From an uncultured Enterobacteriaceae bacterium (GTDB taxonomy: Bacteria > Pseudomonadota > Gammaproteobacteria > Burkholderiales > SG8-39), in the NCBI GenBank assembly GCA_964576525.1, contig CAZNVH010000041.1, positions 7,326 to 71,325 on the forward strand: a stretch of DNA of 64,000 nt. Reading direction: 5' to 3'. The notes under the pieces are model-generated. The model was not told where the DNA came from. It saw only the letters and a list, made by a program, of their open reading frames with translations, and made no database searches. The translations under genes and the position numbers were made by a program. Positions within the stretch are counted from its first letter, which is position 1; each line of letters begins with the position of its first letter. This document shows, one piece after another, positions 29,285 through 44,465 of this stretch.

Positions 29285-29534
29285 AGTGGTGTACGCGCTG
29301 GCGGAGGCGGCCGAGGCGGTCAGGCTGAGTCTGCCGCCCGGCGCGACGCTTCGAGACGCGGTCGTGGCGTCGGGCTTGCCTGTGGACCTCGAGAAACAGG
29401 CTTTCGGAATCTTCGGCAAGCGGGTCGGGATCGACCATCCGCTCGCCGAAGGCGATCGCGTCGAGATCTACCGCCCGCTGAGAATCGATCCGAAGGAAGC
29501 GCGGCGCCGGCGCGCGCGGGCTCTCAGGCGCTGA
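29265..29534 (+). CDS. ratB: RnfH/RatB ubiquitin-like protein
   Basis: VEVVYA, GIFGK, GDRVEIYRPL.IDPKEARRRRA. Confidence 0.9.
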   Translation: MASLSVEVVYALAEAAEAVRLSLPPGATLRDAVVASGLPVDLEKQAFGIFGKRVGIDHPLAEGDRVEIYRPLRIDPKEARRRRARALRR

Positions 29535-29537
29535 GGA

Positions 29538-30017
29538 TCAGTTGCACCACTGCTGCACGCCCTGGCGCGCCTTGGCGAGCTCCTGTGCGACCTGCGCTTC
29601 CTCGAGCATGTAGCGCTCGCCCTTGGCGTCGGTGCGCGAAATGCGCTGGCCGCCCTCGAGCGCGCGCAACTGGTTCTGCGCGCCTTCGCAGTTCGCGCGC
29701 TTGGCATCCGCCTGCACGCGATCCTTCGCCGCCTTCTCCTCCTCCTCGCGCTGCTCCTTTTGCCGCTTCTGGAACGCCTGCTCCGGCGTGAGCGGCTTTT
29801 CGTCCTTCTTCGCGTCCTTCTTCGCCGCGCCGGCGGGCGCCGCGGGCGCGCTGCCCGTGGCCGGCGGCTTCATGCGCGTCGCCTTGACGCCGGGCGGCGG
29901 CACGTCGCCGTAGCGCGTCTTGCCGTCCTGGTCGACCCACTTGTACTGCTGAGCCGCGGCGGGCGCAGCGAACGCAGCGAACGCAAGGGCGGCTGCCAGC
30001 ACCAAAAGTGTCTTCAT
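29538..30017 (-). CDS. DUF4124-like exported protein
   Basis: Signal peptide, [18 protein letters not shown]-terminal C..A..QL..L and DAKGER motifs. Confidence 0.8.
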   Translation of the reverse strand: MKTLLVLAAALAFAAFAAPAAAQQYKWVDQDGKTRYGDVPPPGVKATRMKPPATGSAPAAPAGAAKKDAKKDEKPLTPEQAFQKRQKEQREEEEKAAKDRVQADAKRANCEGAQNQLRALEGGQRISRTDAKGERYMLEEAQVAQELAKARQGVQQWCN

Positions 30018-30024
30018 ACCATGA

Positions 30025-35169
<5,145 letters not shown>

Positions 35170-35197
<28 letters not shown>

Positions 35198-36132
35198 AGT
35201 TTCGCCCGGTCCGGGGCGAGCACCACGCCTTTCTCGCAGATGATGCCGGTGATCAGCTCGGCGGGCGTGACGTCGAACGCCGGATTGCGTACCTTGACGC
35301 CCTCGGGCGCCCAGCGCATGCCGCGGTAGCCGGTGACCTCGGCCGCCGGGCGCTCCTCGATCGGGATGTGCGTCCCGTCCGGGATCTTCGGATCGAAGCT
35401 CGACAGCGGCGCTGCGACATAGAACGGGATGCCGTGGCGCTTCGCCAGCACGGCGAGGGTATAGGTACCGATCTTGTTCGCGACGTCGCCGTTCGCGGCG
35501 ATGCGGTCGGCGCCGACCACGACCACGTCCACCTCGCCGCGGCTCATCAGGTGGCCGGCCATGCTGTCGGTGATCAGTGTGCACGGAATGCCTTCCTGCA
35601 CCATCTCGTAGGCGGTGAGCCGCGCGCCCTGCAGGTACGGCCGTGTTTCGCACGCGAGCACGGAAATGGATTTACTTTTTGAAGATCTAATAACTCCCAA
35701 AGCTGTTCCATACCCTGCCGTCGCCAGCGCGCCGGCGTTGCAATGGGTCATGACGCGCGCCTTGTTCGGAATCAACTCGGCGCCGAGCCTGCCCATGGCG
35801 TGATTCGCTGCAAGATCCTCGGCGAAGATCGCCTCGGCCTCGGCTTTCAGGTCCTTGGCTTTCTTCATCCGGTCCAGCGCCCAGAACAGGTTGACCGCCG
35901 TGGGGCGGCTCTTGGCCAGGACCTCGAAGGAGGAAGGAGATCCTTTGTCCAGGGCCACGCCGAAAGCCGCGGCGCAGCCGATCGCCGGCGCTCCGCGTAC
36001 CACCATGTCGCGGATCGCCTGCGCGACTTCCGCGGCGCCGCGGCAGGTCACGTAGACGGTCTGGTCGGGCAGCAGCCGCTGGTCGAGGAGATCCAGGCGG
36101 TCGCCGTACCAGCGGATCGGCTCGACCGTCAT
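35170..36132 (-). CDS. mtnA: S-methyl-5-thioribose-1-phosphate isomerase
   Basis: [68 protein letters not shown]. Confidence 0.94.
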
Positions 36133-38099
36133 TAGACGACGCGCTCGTTGCCGCCGTCGACCGGCACCTGGGCGGCGGTGGTCTTGGCGAAGAGCGGCCC
36201 GCACATTTCGGCGGCGAGCTCGGCGACGTCTTTCGACGCCACCTCGGTCTTGAGCAGGTTCTTCCTGCGGTACTGCTCGACGCTCAGGTTGTAGGCCTTG
36301 GCGCGCGCCGCGAGAAGCTCCTCGGTCCACAGCCCGGTGTCGTACACCGCGTCGGGGTGCAGCGAGTTGATGCGGATGCCGTCCTTGGCCCATTCCAGCG
36401 CGGCGACCCGCGCGACCTGGTTGAGCGCTGCTTTGGATGCCGAATAGGCGCCAGCCCCCGGCCCGGGCGCCGGCACGTTGCGCGAGCCGATCACCACGAT
36501 GCGCCCGCCGTGCGGCGCGAGCTTGAGCAGCGGATGACACAGCTGCAGCAGGCGCAGCGGCGCGTCCAGGTTGACGGCCATGGTCTGCCGCCAGGTGTCG
36601 AGGGCGATGTCCTGGACCGGCTGGGAGGAGGGGAAGATCCCGGCGTTGAGCACCAGCATGTCGAGCCCGCCGAAGCGCTGCACGGCCTTTTCCAGGGAAT
36701 CGTTGAGCGCGCCAGAATCCGTGAGATCGCAAGCCAGGCCGAGAAACGCGGGATCGGCACACTGCGTTTCTATGGCGGGATTGCGATCCAGGCCGACGAC
36801 CGCCGCTCCGCGCCGGAGAAACGCCTCCACGCACGCCTTGCCGATGCCCGAGGCGGCGCCGGTCACCAGGGCGACTTCGCCGGCGAACGCCGGCGGCGGG
36901 CCTGCTTTGCGCTTGGCCTGCTCGAGCTGCCAGTACTCGACGTCGAAGAGGTGCTTTTCGTCCACGGCGCGCCAGCCGCCGAGCGCCTCGGCGCGCAGGA
37001 TGACGTCGATGCTGTGGTCGTACAGCTCCTCGATGATCGTGGTCTCCCGCGCGCTGCGGCCGACGGCGGCGAGGCCGAGCTGCGGATCGAGCACGACCCG
37101 CGGCGCGGCGTCGAGCATTGCCTTCGGCTCGCCGGCGCCCTTGGCGTGGCGCTGGAAATACTGACGATAACTCTTGGCGTAGGCCGCCACGTCGCGCCCG
37201 AGCATCGGCGCCGGCTTGGTGAACAGCAGGTGATCCGGCGTCGCCGGGCCCTGCTGCGCGAGCTTCTGCAGGTCCGGGCGTTGGGCGAAGGCGAGGAATT
37301 TGTCGCTGCTACTGACCCGCATGAGCATCGGTACCCCGGCCTGCTCCGAAATCGCTCGCCTGAGGCTCGCGACGTCCTCGTTCTTCGGCGCCGTCGCCGG
37401 TTTCGGAGAAAACGCGAGCTGCCAAGCTTTTTTCTTCCCCAGGTACTCCTCGGCCATCGACACCAGCTCGATCATGCGCTCATAGGATTCGCGCGCCTCG
37501 GCGCCGAAGGAAAAGATGCCGTGCGACAGCAGCACCATGCCGACGGTGTGCTTTCCCGCCTGCTTCGGAAACTCGCGCGCGCAGCGCGCGGCGAGCTCGA
37601 AGCCTGCCATGACGTAGGGGATGACGACCACCCGCTCGCCATAGATCTCGCGGATGCGCTTCTCGCCCTGCGGCGCGTTGGAGATCGCCAGCATCGCGTC
37701 GGCGTGCGTGTGGTCGACGTAGCGGTGCGGCAGGATTGCGTGCAGGATGGTCTCGACCGAGGGCGAGGGCGCGCCGGCGCGCAGCACGTGCGTGTTCAGC
37801 TCGTTCAGCATCTGCGCGTCGGAGAGCGACGGCAGGCGCGCGAGCTTCTGCATGGCGGCGAGCGAGACCGGGGTGAAGCCGGCCGGCTCGATGGTCTCGA
37901 GGTCCGAGCCGCTGCCCTTGACGTAGAGCACCTCGCGCTCCTCGCCGAACAGGTCCTTCTCGCGCAGCTTGACCGAAGTGTTGCCGCCGCCATGCAAGAC
38001 GAGCGCTCGGTCGCGTCCGAGCAGGCGCGAGGTGTAGACGCGCGGCCCGAGCAGGCCGTCGAACTGCGCCGCTTCGGCGTCGCTCCAGCGACTTTTCAT
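36132..38099 (-). CDS. Bifunctional class II aldolase / short-chain dehydrogenase (RhaD-ADH/YuxG-like fusion)
   Basis: [15 protein letters not shown] and HG metal ligands; C-terminal [19 protein letters not shown]. Confidence 0.9.
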   Translation of the reverse strand: MKSRWSDAEAAQFDGLLGPRVYTSRLLGRDRALVLHGGGNTSVKLREKDLFGEEREVLYVKGSGSDLETIEPAGFTPVSLAAMQKLARLPSLSDAQMLNELNTHVLRAGAPSPSVETILHAILPHRYVDHTHADAMLAISNAPQGEKRIREIYGERVVVIPYVMAGFELAARCAREFPKQAGKHTVGMVLLSHGIFSFGAEARESYERMIELVSMAEEYLGKKKAWQLAFSPKPATAPKNEDVASLRRAISEQAGVPMLMRVSSSDKFLAFAQRPDLQKLAQQGPATPDHLLFTKPAPMLGRDVAAYAKSYRQYFQRHAKGAGEPKAMLDAAPRVVLDPQLGLAAVGRSARETTIIEELYDHSIDVILRAEALGGWRAVDEKHLFDVEYWQLEQAKRKAGPPPAFAGEVALVTGAASGIGKACVEAFLRRGAAVVGLDRNPAIETQCADPAFLGLACDLTDSGALNDSLEKAVQRFGGLDMLVLNAGIFPSSQPVQDIALDTWRQTMAVNLDAPLRLLQLCHPLLKLAPHGGRIVVIGSRNVPAPGPGAGAYSASKAALNQVARVAALEWAKDGIRINSLHPDAVYDTGLWTEELLAARAKAYNLSVEQYRRKNLLKTEVASKDVAELAAEMCGPLFAKTTAAQVPVDGGNERVV

Positions 38100-38122
38100 G
38101 CCGCGATTATACTTTTCGCGCC

Positions 38123-38539
38123 ATGCTGCGAATTGAGCTTCTGTCCTGGGAAGGCGCGCGCGTCCATGCGAGCCTGATCCGTTTCACCGTGTTCGTGGAA
38201 GAGCAGGGCGTGCCGCGCGAGATCGAGCTCGACGAGCAGGATGCGGTTTCGGTTCATGGGGTGGTGTTCGATCGGGAGAAGGCCGTGGCGACCGGCCGGC
38301 TGCTGCCCGACGGCCACATCGGCCGGATGGCGGTCCTCAAGGAGTGGCGCGGCCGCGGCGTGGGCGGGCTGATGCTGAAAAGCCTCATGCAGCGCGCCAA
38401 GGAGCGCGGCGACGCCGAGGTGGTCCTTTCGGCGCAAGTCCATGCCAGGGCCTTCTACCGGGCGCACGGCTTCGCGGAGGAGGGGGCCGAATACATCGAA
38501 GCGGGAATTCCGCATCAGACCATGAAGCACCGGTTCTAG
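38123..38539 (+). CDS. GNAT family N-acetyltransferase
   Basis: FVEEQGVP, IGRMAVLKEWRGRGVG, FYRAHGF, IPHQTM. Confidence 0.9.
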   Translation: MLRIELLSWEGARVHASLIRFTVFVEEQGVPREIELDEQDAVSVHGVVFDREKAVATGRLLPDGHIGRMAVLKEWRGRGVGGLMLKSLMQRAKERGDAEVVLSAQVHARAFYRAHGFAEEGAEYIEAGIPHQTMKHRF

Positions 38540-39195
38540 AACTCGTAGTGCAGGGTATCGCCCGGGGCACCGTCCGGGGCGAAAACGCGCTCGGCATAGC
38601 GGGTCCGCAGACCCTTGAGCAGCACGGTCGAGCAGCGCGTGCCGTAGGCCGGGCTGAGGATGCGCGCCGGCGCGAGCGCCCCGAACAGGGTCTCGACCGC
38701 GGGCGCTTGCTCGAGGATCTCCCGAAAGCGCGTCTTGGCGTCATCGACCTCTGGGGCATCGAGCAGCGTGTTGCCCAGGCCGTAGATCCCGGGCCCCAGC
38801 CGCCGCGGCGGACCGTCGCGGTTCGACATCGACCAGAGCTCCTCGCCGTCGCTCACCAGCAGATTGAAGCCGCTGTATTGGTCTGCCTTTATTTGCCGGA
38901 GATGCGCAGCCGGCTTTTCATTCCCATCCAGAAAGCTCGTCACCAGCGCCCCGCGCGACTCGGCGGCGCGCGCTTCATGGGCGCCGCGATAGTTGGTCAC
39001 CGCGGCAAATCTTCCCGAGCGGGAAATACCCATCCAGGTGCCGCCCGCCTCGAGGTCCCGCCCGGCGAGGATTTCCGGGTGGTCGGCCCAGAAGGCCGCC
39101 GGGGCGGCGGGACGGGCGTGGAACTCGTCGCGGTTCGCCGCGACGATCAACGGAAAATCAGGACGAGTGCGCCAGGCGAGAACGATCAGGCACAT
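38536..39195 (-). CDS. NRDE/TANGO2 family protein
   Basis: MCLI start, [29 protein letters not shown]. Confidence 0.92.
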   Translation of the reverse strand: MCLIVLAWRTRPDFPLIVAANRDEFHARPAAPAAFWADHPEILAGRDLEAGGTWMGISRSGRFAAVTNYRGAHEARAAESRGALVTSFLDGNEKPAAHLRQIKADQYSGFNLLVSDGEELWSMSNRDGPPRRLGPGIYGLGNTLLDAPEVDDAKTRFREILEQAPAVETLFGALAPARILSPAYGTRCSTVLLKGLRTRYAERVFAPDGAPGDTLHYEF

Positions 39196-40072
39196 TCCGG
39201 CTCTTCAGCTGCTGGTAAAGCTGGAACGCCTGCTGCGGCTTCTCCTTGCGGTGGACCACCGCGCCGACCGCCTGGATCATCGCCACCGGGTCGTCGGACT
39301 GGAAGATGTTGCGCCCCATGTCGACGCCGGCCGCGCCCTGGTCGAGCGCCTTGTACGCCATGGTCAGGGCGTCGAGCTCCGGGAGCTTCTTGCCGCCGGC
39401 GATCACGATCGGCACCGGGCAGCCGGCGACCACGCGCTCGAAGCCTTCCTCGATGAAGTAGCTCTTGACGTAGTGCGCGCCGAGCTCGGCGGCGATGCGC
39501 GTGGCGAGGCCGAAGTAGCGCTCGTCGCGCTTCATCTCGGCGCCGACGCCGGTGACGGCCATGGTCGGGATGCCGTAGCGGTTGCCGCTGTCGATGAGCT
39601 GCACCAGGTTCTTGATCGACTGGTGCTCGTATTCGGCGCCGATGTAGATCTGCGTGGTGATGGCGCAGGCGTTGAGGCGGATGGCGTCCTCGATGTCCAC
39701 CGCGATCAGCTCGCGCGACAGCTCGGTCAGGATGCTCTGGCCGCCCGAGCAGCGCAGGACCAGCGCGTTGGTGGAGGAGGGGGGGATCACCGAGCGCAGC
39801 GCGCCGCGGGTGCACATCAGCACGTCGGCGTAGGGGATGAGCGGCACGATGTTGAGGTCCATGCGCTCGAGGCCGGTGGTCGGCCCCTGGAAGTAGCCGT
39901 GGTCGAAGGCGAGCATCACGGTCTTGCCCGAGGCCGGGTTGAAGATGCGCGCCAGGCGGTTCTGCATTCCCCAGTCGAGCGCGCCGCCGCCCTTCACGAA
40001 GAAGGGATGGTTGACCTGCGGTACGCCGATGCCGAAGTCCTTGCCTTCTCGGATGTCGTCTTTATCGGCCAT
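39158..40072 (-). CDS. lsrF: LsrF-type thiolase (class I DhnA aldolase fold)
   Basis: [57 protein letters not shown]. Confidence 0.88.
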   Translation of the reverse strand: MADKDDIREGKDFGIGVPQVNHPFFVKGGGALDWGMQNRLARIFNPASGKTVMLAFDHGYFQGPTTGLERMDLNIVPLIPYADVLMCTRGALRSVIPPSSTNALVLRCSGGQSILTELSRELIAVDIEDAIRLNACAITTQIYIGAEYEHQSIKNLVQLIDSGNRYGIPTMAVTGVGAEMKRDERYFGLATRIAAELGAHYVKSYFIEEGFERVVAGCPVPIVIAGGKKLPELDALTMAYKALDQGAAGVDMGRNIFQSDDPVAMIQAVGAVVHRKEKPQQAFQLYQQLKSRNVPDRSRLAHSS

Positions 40073-40088
40073 AATTTCCAACCATACC

Positions 40089-40370
40089 ATGTACGCCATC
40101 GTTTGTTTCGACCGCCCGGACTCGGCGGCGCTGCGCGACAGCCACCGCGCCGCCCATCAGGAATTTCTGAAAGCGAATGCGGAAAAAGTGGTGTTCGGCG
40201 GCCCGCTGAAGGACAGCCCTGAAGGGCCGAGCACCGGGGCGCTGATCGTGGTCGATTGCGCGACGCGCCAGGAGGCCGAGGCCTTCATCGGCGCCGACCC
40301 GTTCTACCGCAACGGCGTCTACGAGAACGTGGCGATCCGCGCCTTCAGGAAGGTGTTTCCGCAGAAATGA
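40089..40370 (+). CDS. YciI family protein
   Basis: C.DRP...LR...RAAH, GGPL, DPFY..GVY. Confidence 0.85.
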   Translation: MYAIVCFDRPDSAALRDSHRAAHQEFLKANAEKVVFGGPLKDSPEGPSTGALIVVDCATRQEAEAFIGADPFYRNGVYENVAIRAFRKVFPQK

Positions 40371-40611
40371 AGCGCTCGACCTTGCGCGCGAGGCCGAGCT
40401 TTGCGCCCTCGCGCTCGAGCAGCGCCTCGAACGCGGCCTCGTCCTTCACGCCTTCGAAGACCTCCATGTAGGTTGCCGGGTCGTCGCGCCGGCGCATCCA
40501 GCGGCCGCGGATGCCGGTTTGCTTCTCTATGGAGTCGAGCAGTGCTTTTACCCGACCCGACAGGGCGCCGGCCTGCTCCGGGGCGATCTTGTAGTACACG
40601 TAATAGTTCAA
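40345..40611 (-). CDS. DUF4936-like small protein
   Basis: TTG overlaps ygfZ TGA; YYVYYKI, RRRDDPATYMEVFE. Confidence 0.75.
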   Translation of the reverse strand: MNYYVYYKIAPEQAGALSGRVKALLDSIEKQTGIRGRWMRRRDDPATYMEVFEGVKDEAAFEALLEREGAKLGLARKVERFISAETPS

Positions 40612-41330
40612 ACCGGCATGACCGCGAGCAGCTCGCCCCCGGCGCTGTCGACCACCACGCCGCCGTTGAACTCCTGGCCGGGCCGCAGCTCGGCGCCGGC
40701 AGGGGCGGGCAGGCGCACCATGCGGCGCTTCACCTCGCCGCGGTACTGGGCGCGAGCGACGATTTCCTGCCCCGGGTAGCAGCCCTTCTGGAAATCGATG
40801 CCGCCGAGCGCCTCGAAATTCACCATCTGCGGCACGAACTTGTCCTGGGTGGCGGCCGTGATCAGCGGCCTCCCGGCGCGGATCTCCTGCAGTGTCCAGG
40901 CCTCTTCGGCGCCGGAGCAGGCTTGCGAGAGGGCCTTGCCGATCTTCAGGTGGCGCAGATCCCCGACCGGCACGGTCACAGTGTCGCCCTCCCAACTCAC
41001 CCGCGGGACGCCGGCATTCCAGAACCCGTATTGCACCCAAACATCGCTTTCGTCGGAGACCTTCACCTTGGAGCGCAGCACGTACATCGACAGGCGCTTG
41101 GCCACCGCGGGCGCGAGATCGCGCGCGAGCTGCAGCAGGAAGCCCGTGGGCGCCGGGATGACCAGCATGCTGGCGAGGAGGCGACCCTTCGCGGTGCACC
41201 AGCCGGCCAGCGCGGCGCGATCCGCGGGCAAGTTGGCGATGTCGTTGGTGAGCTGCGCGTGCAGGAAATCACGCGCGTCCGTTCCCGTCACTGACAGGAT
41301 TCCGTACCGGCTAAGGCGTGCGCACTCCAT
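40608..41330 (-). CDS. ygfZ: Folate-binding Fe-S maturation protein YgfZ
   Basis: G.DARDFLHAQLTND, KGCYPGQEIVAR. Confidence 0.93.
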   Translation of the reverse strand: MECARLSRYGILSVTGTDARDFLHAQLTNDIANLPADRAALAGWCTAKGRLLASMLVIPAPTGFLLQLARDLAPAVAKRLSMYVLRSKVKVSDESDVWVQYGFWNAGVPRVSWEGDTVTVPVGDLRHLKIGKALSQACSGAEEAWTLQEIRAGRPLITAATQDKFVPQMVNFEALGGIDFQKGCYPGQEIVARAQYRGEVKRRMVRLPAPAGAELRPGQEFNGGVVVDSAGGELLAVMPV

Positions 41331-41362
41331 CGTAGAATGCCGATTTTAGCGCCGCCGCTCCT

Positions 41363-42352
41363 CTGAAGACCCTTCTCGCACTGGTAGCAATCGTCGGCGC
41401 CGCGCTCGCCGGCTATGCCGCCTGGTACGTCGGCTCGCCGGTCACCGTGCGCAAGTACCCGGTCGAGGTGGAGATCCCGCGCGGCGCGGGCTTCCGCACG
41501 GCGATGGAGCAGCTGGAAAAGGCCGGCGTGTCGATGCGGCGCTCCGAGTTCGAGCTCCTCGCCCGCTCGCTCGGCCGGGGACGCGATATCAAGGCGGGGA
41601 GCTACGAGATCGCGCAGCCGCTCACGCCGCTGCAGCTTCTCGACAAGCTGACCCGGGGCGACGTCACCCAGGCCGAGCTACGGCTGATCGAGGGCTGGAC
41701 CTTCGCGCAGTTCCGCGCGGCGCTGGACGCCAGCCCCGACCTGAAGCACGACACCAAGGGACTGGAAGAGGGCCCGATCCTGGCGCGGCTGCAGGTCGCC
41801 GAGCCGCAGGCCGAAGGCCTGTTCTTTCCGGACACCTATCTCTTCGCCAAGGGATCGAGCGACCTGGCGGTGCTACGCCGGGCGCATCGCGCGATGGCGC
41901 GCCACCTCGCGCAGGAATGGGAGGCGCGGGCGCAGGGCGTGCCCTACGCGAAGCCCTACGAGGCGCTGGTAATGGCGTCGATCATCGAAAAGGAGACCGG
42001 GCTCGCCGGCGAGAGGGACCTCATCGGCGGCGTGCTGGCCAACCGCCTGCGCATCGGCATGCGCCTGCAGGCCGATCCGACGGTGATCTATGGGCTGGGC
42101 AACACGTTCGATGGCAACCTGAAGCGCGTGCACCTGCTCGAGGATGGTCCCTATAACACCTATACCCGCGCCGGCCTGCCGCCGACGCCGATCGCCATGC
42201 CGGGGCTCGCCTCGCTGCGCGCGGCTCTGCGGCCGGGGACCACCAACGCGCTGTACTACGTTTCGCGCAACGACGGCTCGAGCCATTTCTCGCGCACCCT
42301 CGAGGAGCACAATCGCGCGGTGACCCGGTACCAGCTGCGGGGCGGCAAATGA
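41363..42352 (+). CDS. mltG: Endolytic transglycosylase MltG (probable CTG start)
   Basis: N-terminal TM anchor LKTLLALVAIVG; EGLFFPDTY, ASIIEKET, LQADPTV, YNTYTRAGLPPTPI. Confidence 0.92.
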   Translation: MKTLLALVAIVGAALAGYAAWYVGSPVTVRKYPVEVEIPRGAGFRTAMEQLEKAGVSMRRSEFELLARSLGRGRDIKAGSYEIAQPLTPLQLLDKLTRGDVTQAELRLIEGWTFAQFRAALDASPDLKHDTKGLEEGPILARLQVAEPQAEGLFFPDTYLFAKGSSDLAVLRRAHRAMARHLAQEWEARAQGVPYAKPYEALVMASIIEKETGLAGERDLIGGVLANRLRIGMRLQADPTVIYGLGNTFDGNLKRVHLLEDGPYNTYTRAGLPPTPIAMPGLASLRAALRPGTTNALYYVSRNDGSSHFSRTLEEHNRAVTRYQLRGGK

Positions 42353-42963
42353 GCGCGCGCGGCAAGTTCATCACCCTCGAAGGCGTCGACGGCGCCGGCA
42401 AGTCCACCCACCTGCAGTTCATCGCGGACTTCATCGGCGGCGGCGCCCGCCGCGTGATCGTGACGCGCGAGCCCGGCGGCACCGAGCTCGGCGAGCGGCT
42501 GCGCGAGGCGATCCTCGGCCAGCCGATGGCGCCGCTGGCGGAGACCCTGCTGATCTTCGCGGCGCGCGCCGAGCATGTCGCAAAGGTCATCGAGCCGGGG
42601 TTGCAGGCGGGAAGCTGGGTCGTATGCGACCGCTTCACGGACGCGACCTACGCCTACCAGGGGGCGGGGAAGGGCGTCTCGTTCGAGCTGATCGGGCGCC
42701 TGGGCGACGCCGCCCATCCAGGACTGCGCCCCGACCGCACCCTGCTGTTCGATTGCAGCTACGAAGTCTCCCGCCAGAGGCTGGCGGCGTCCGGCAAGGC
42801 GCTCGACCGTTTCGAGCGCGAGGGCCGCGAATTCTTCGAGCGCGTGCGAAACATCTATCGGGTCCGCGCCGAGGCCGATCCGGCACGCATTCGCGTGATC
42901 GACGCGGCGGCGGACCTGAAGACCATTCGCAAGGCGGTGGAGCAGGGGCTGGCGGGGCTGTGA
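42349..42963 (+). CDS. tmk: Thymidylate kinase
   Basis: FITLEGVDGAGKST, TREPGGT, CDRFTDATYAYQG. Confidence 0.96.
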   Translation: MSARGKFITLEGVDGAGKSTHLQFIADFIGGGARRVIVTREPGGTELGERLREAILGQPMAPLAETLLIFAARAEHVAKVIEPGLQAGSWVVCDRFTDATYAYQGAGKGVSFELIGRLGDAAHPGLRPDRTLLFDCSYEVSRQRLAASGKALDRFEREGREFFERVRNIYRVRAEADPARIRVIDAAADLKTIRKAVEQGLAGL

Positions 42964-43901
42964 TGCATCCCTGGAATCAGCCGATCCTCGACGGATTGCG
43001 CAAAGGCCTCGAGCGCCTGCCGCACGCGCTGCTGATCCATGGACCGCGCGGGGTCGGCAAGCTGGCGCTCGCCGAGCGCGCAGCACAGCTTTTTCTTTGT
43101 GAAGGAAAAGACAAGCCTTGCGGCTCCTGCGACGGCTGCAGGTGGTATCTCGGCGGCAACCACCCCGATTTCCGCCGGGTCGAGCCCGAGGCGCTGGCCG
43201 CGGCGCCGGCGGAAAGCGAGGAAGAGGCGCCCGCCCGCAAGACAAAGCAGCCGAGCACCGAAATCAAGATCGATCAAGTGCGGGGCCTGGCGGACTTCCT
43301 GAACGTAGGCTCGCACCGCGGGGGCAGGCGGGTGGTGCTGATCCATCCGGCGGAGCACATGAACATCCCGACCGCGAACGCGCTTCTCAAGGACCTCGAG
43401 GAACCGTCCGCCGGTGCGATGTTCATCGTGGTATCGCATCGCCCGGCCCTGCTGCTGCCGACGATCCGCAGCCGCTGCGTGGCTGTGCCGGTGCCAATCC
43501 CGCCGATGGCCACCGCGCTGGCGTGGCTGGCGGAGCAAAAGGTGGCTCAAGCCGAGCGCTGGCTTGCGTATGCCGGCGGAGCGCCGCTGCGGGCCCTGGA
43601 CTACGCCGCGGATTCCACCGCGCTCGAAGGGCTGCTGGCTTCCCCGAGGCCGGTGGACGACCGCGAAGGCATCGAACGCCTGGCGGAGGTCCTTCAGAAG
43701 ATCGCCCTGGACCGGGCCCTCCTGGCTTTCGGCCTACCCCCCAAGTACCGGACGGGCGGGGCGAAGGTCAGCCGGAAGGATGCACACCGTTGGCTGGTCT
43801 TTGCCCGTCAGATGGGCCAGCACCGCCGTCTGAGCCGCCATCCCTTGAATCCGAGGCTGTTTTCGGCCGAGATGCTGGCCGGGATGCCTGGGAAGGTCTA
43901 A
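42963..43901 (+). CDS. holB: DNA polymerase III delta prime
   Basis: PHALLIHGPRGVGK, CGSCDGC, ANALLK.LEEP, LLPTIRSRC; after tmk. Confidence 0.92.
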   Translation: MHPWNQPILDGLRKGLERLPHALLIHGPRGVGKLALAERAAQLFLCEGKDKPCGSCDGCRWYLGGNHPDFRRVEPEALAAAPAESEEEAPARKTKQPSTEIKIDQVRGLADFLNVGSHRGGRRVVLIHPAEHMNIPTANALLKDLEEPSAGAMFIVVSHRPALLLPTIRSRCVAVPVPIPPMATALAWLAEQKVAQAERWLAYAGGAPLRALDYAADSTALEGLLASPRPVDDREGIERLAEVLQKIALDRALLAFGLPPKYRTGGAKVSRKDAHRWLVFARQMGQHRRLSRHPLNPRLFSAEMLAGMPGKV

Positions 43902-43902
43902 T

Positions 43903-43930
43903 ACTTAACATAATACACATTGGGCAACAT
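43903..43930 (-). other. dif-like XerCD recombination site
   Basis: Minus strand ATGTTGCCCAA-TGTGTA-TTATGTTAAGT vs E. coli GGTGCGCATAA-TGTATA-TTATGTTAAAT (XerD arm 10/11, spacer 5/6); intergenic. Confidence 0.8.
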
Positions 43931-43989
43931 AAGCTCAGTCCCCAGGATACCTACAGCATCACTCGAACTACAATGAATAATGCTTTGTC

Positions 43990-44442
43990 CTAGTTAAGCT
44001 TATCTGCAGGTGGGACAGGCAGACGCGCAACCGGAACGCCCTCATCCAACAGATCGTCGTGCTCCTGCTGGGTGGCCTGGCCGCGGATGGCGCGGGCCGG
44101 CGCCTGGTCATAGAAGATCTTGCGGGCTTCTGCGGGAAAGTCTTTGCCGACGTCCTCGCTCTTGGTGAGGAGCTCGTCGAGCATGCGCGAATACAGCATC
44201 TGGGCGATGGCGAACGGGTCCTTGCCTTCCATTTCCGGTGTCTTGGCGGGCTGGGCGGGCGCCTTGGGCTCTGTGGCGCCAAGGTTGACCCGGGCTGCCG
44301 AGGGCACGCGCTCTACCTTCGCCGCGCCGCAGCTCGGGCAGGAAAGCAGCTTGCGCTCCTTCTGCGAGGCGAAATCGGCGGCCGAGGCGAACCAGCCCTC
44401 GAAGCGGTGCCCTGAGCTGCAAAGCAGATCGAAAACAATCAT
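43990..44442 (-). CDS. DUF1178 family protein
   Basis: MIVFDLLC..GHRFEGWF.S, CPSCG, SEDVG..FPAEARKI. Confidence 0.88.
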   Translation of the reverse strand: MIVFDLLCSSGHRFEGWFASAADFASQKERKLLSCPSCGAAKVERVPSAARVNLGATEPKAPAQPAKTPEMEGKDPFAIAQMLYSRMLDELLTKSEDVGKDFPAEARKIFYDQAPARAIRGQATQQEHDDLLDEGVPVARLPVPPADKLN

Positions 44443-44465
44443 TTGATGGATTCTACAATGCGGCC

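Noticed and set aside
28841-29534. ratA-ratB as a novel toxin-antitoxin module
   Set aside because: Widely conserved smpB-linked pair; RatA/PasT is a Coq10-like ubiquinone protein
43931-43993. AT-rich spacer after dif as small ORF or sRNA
   Set aside because: Only the tail of an off-frame ORF; no start or stable structure
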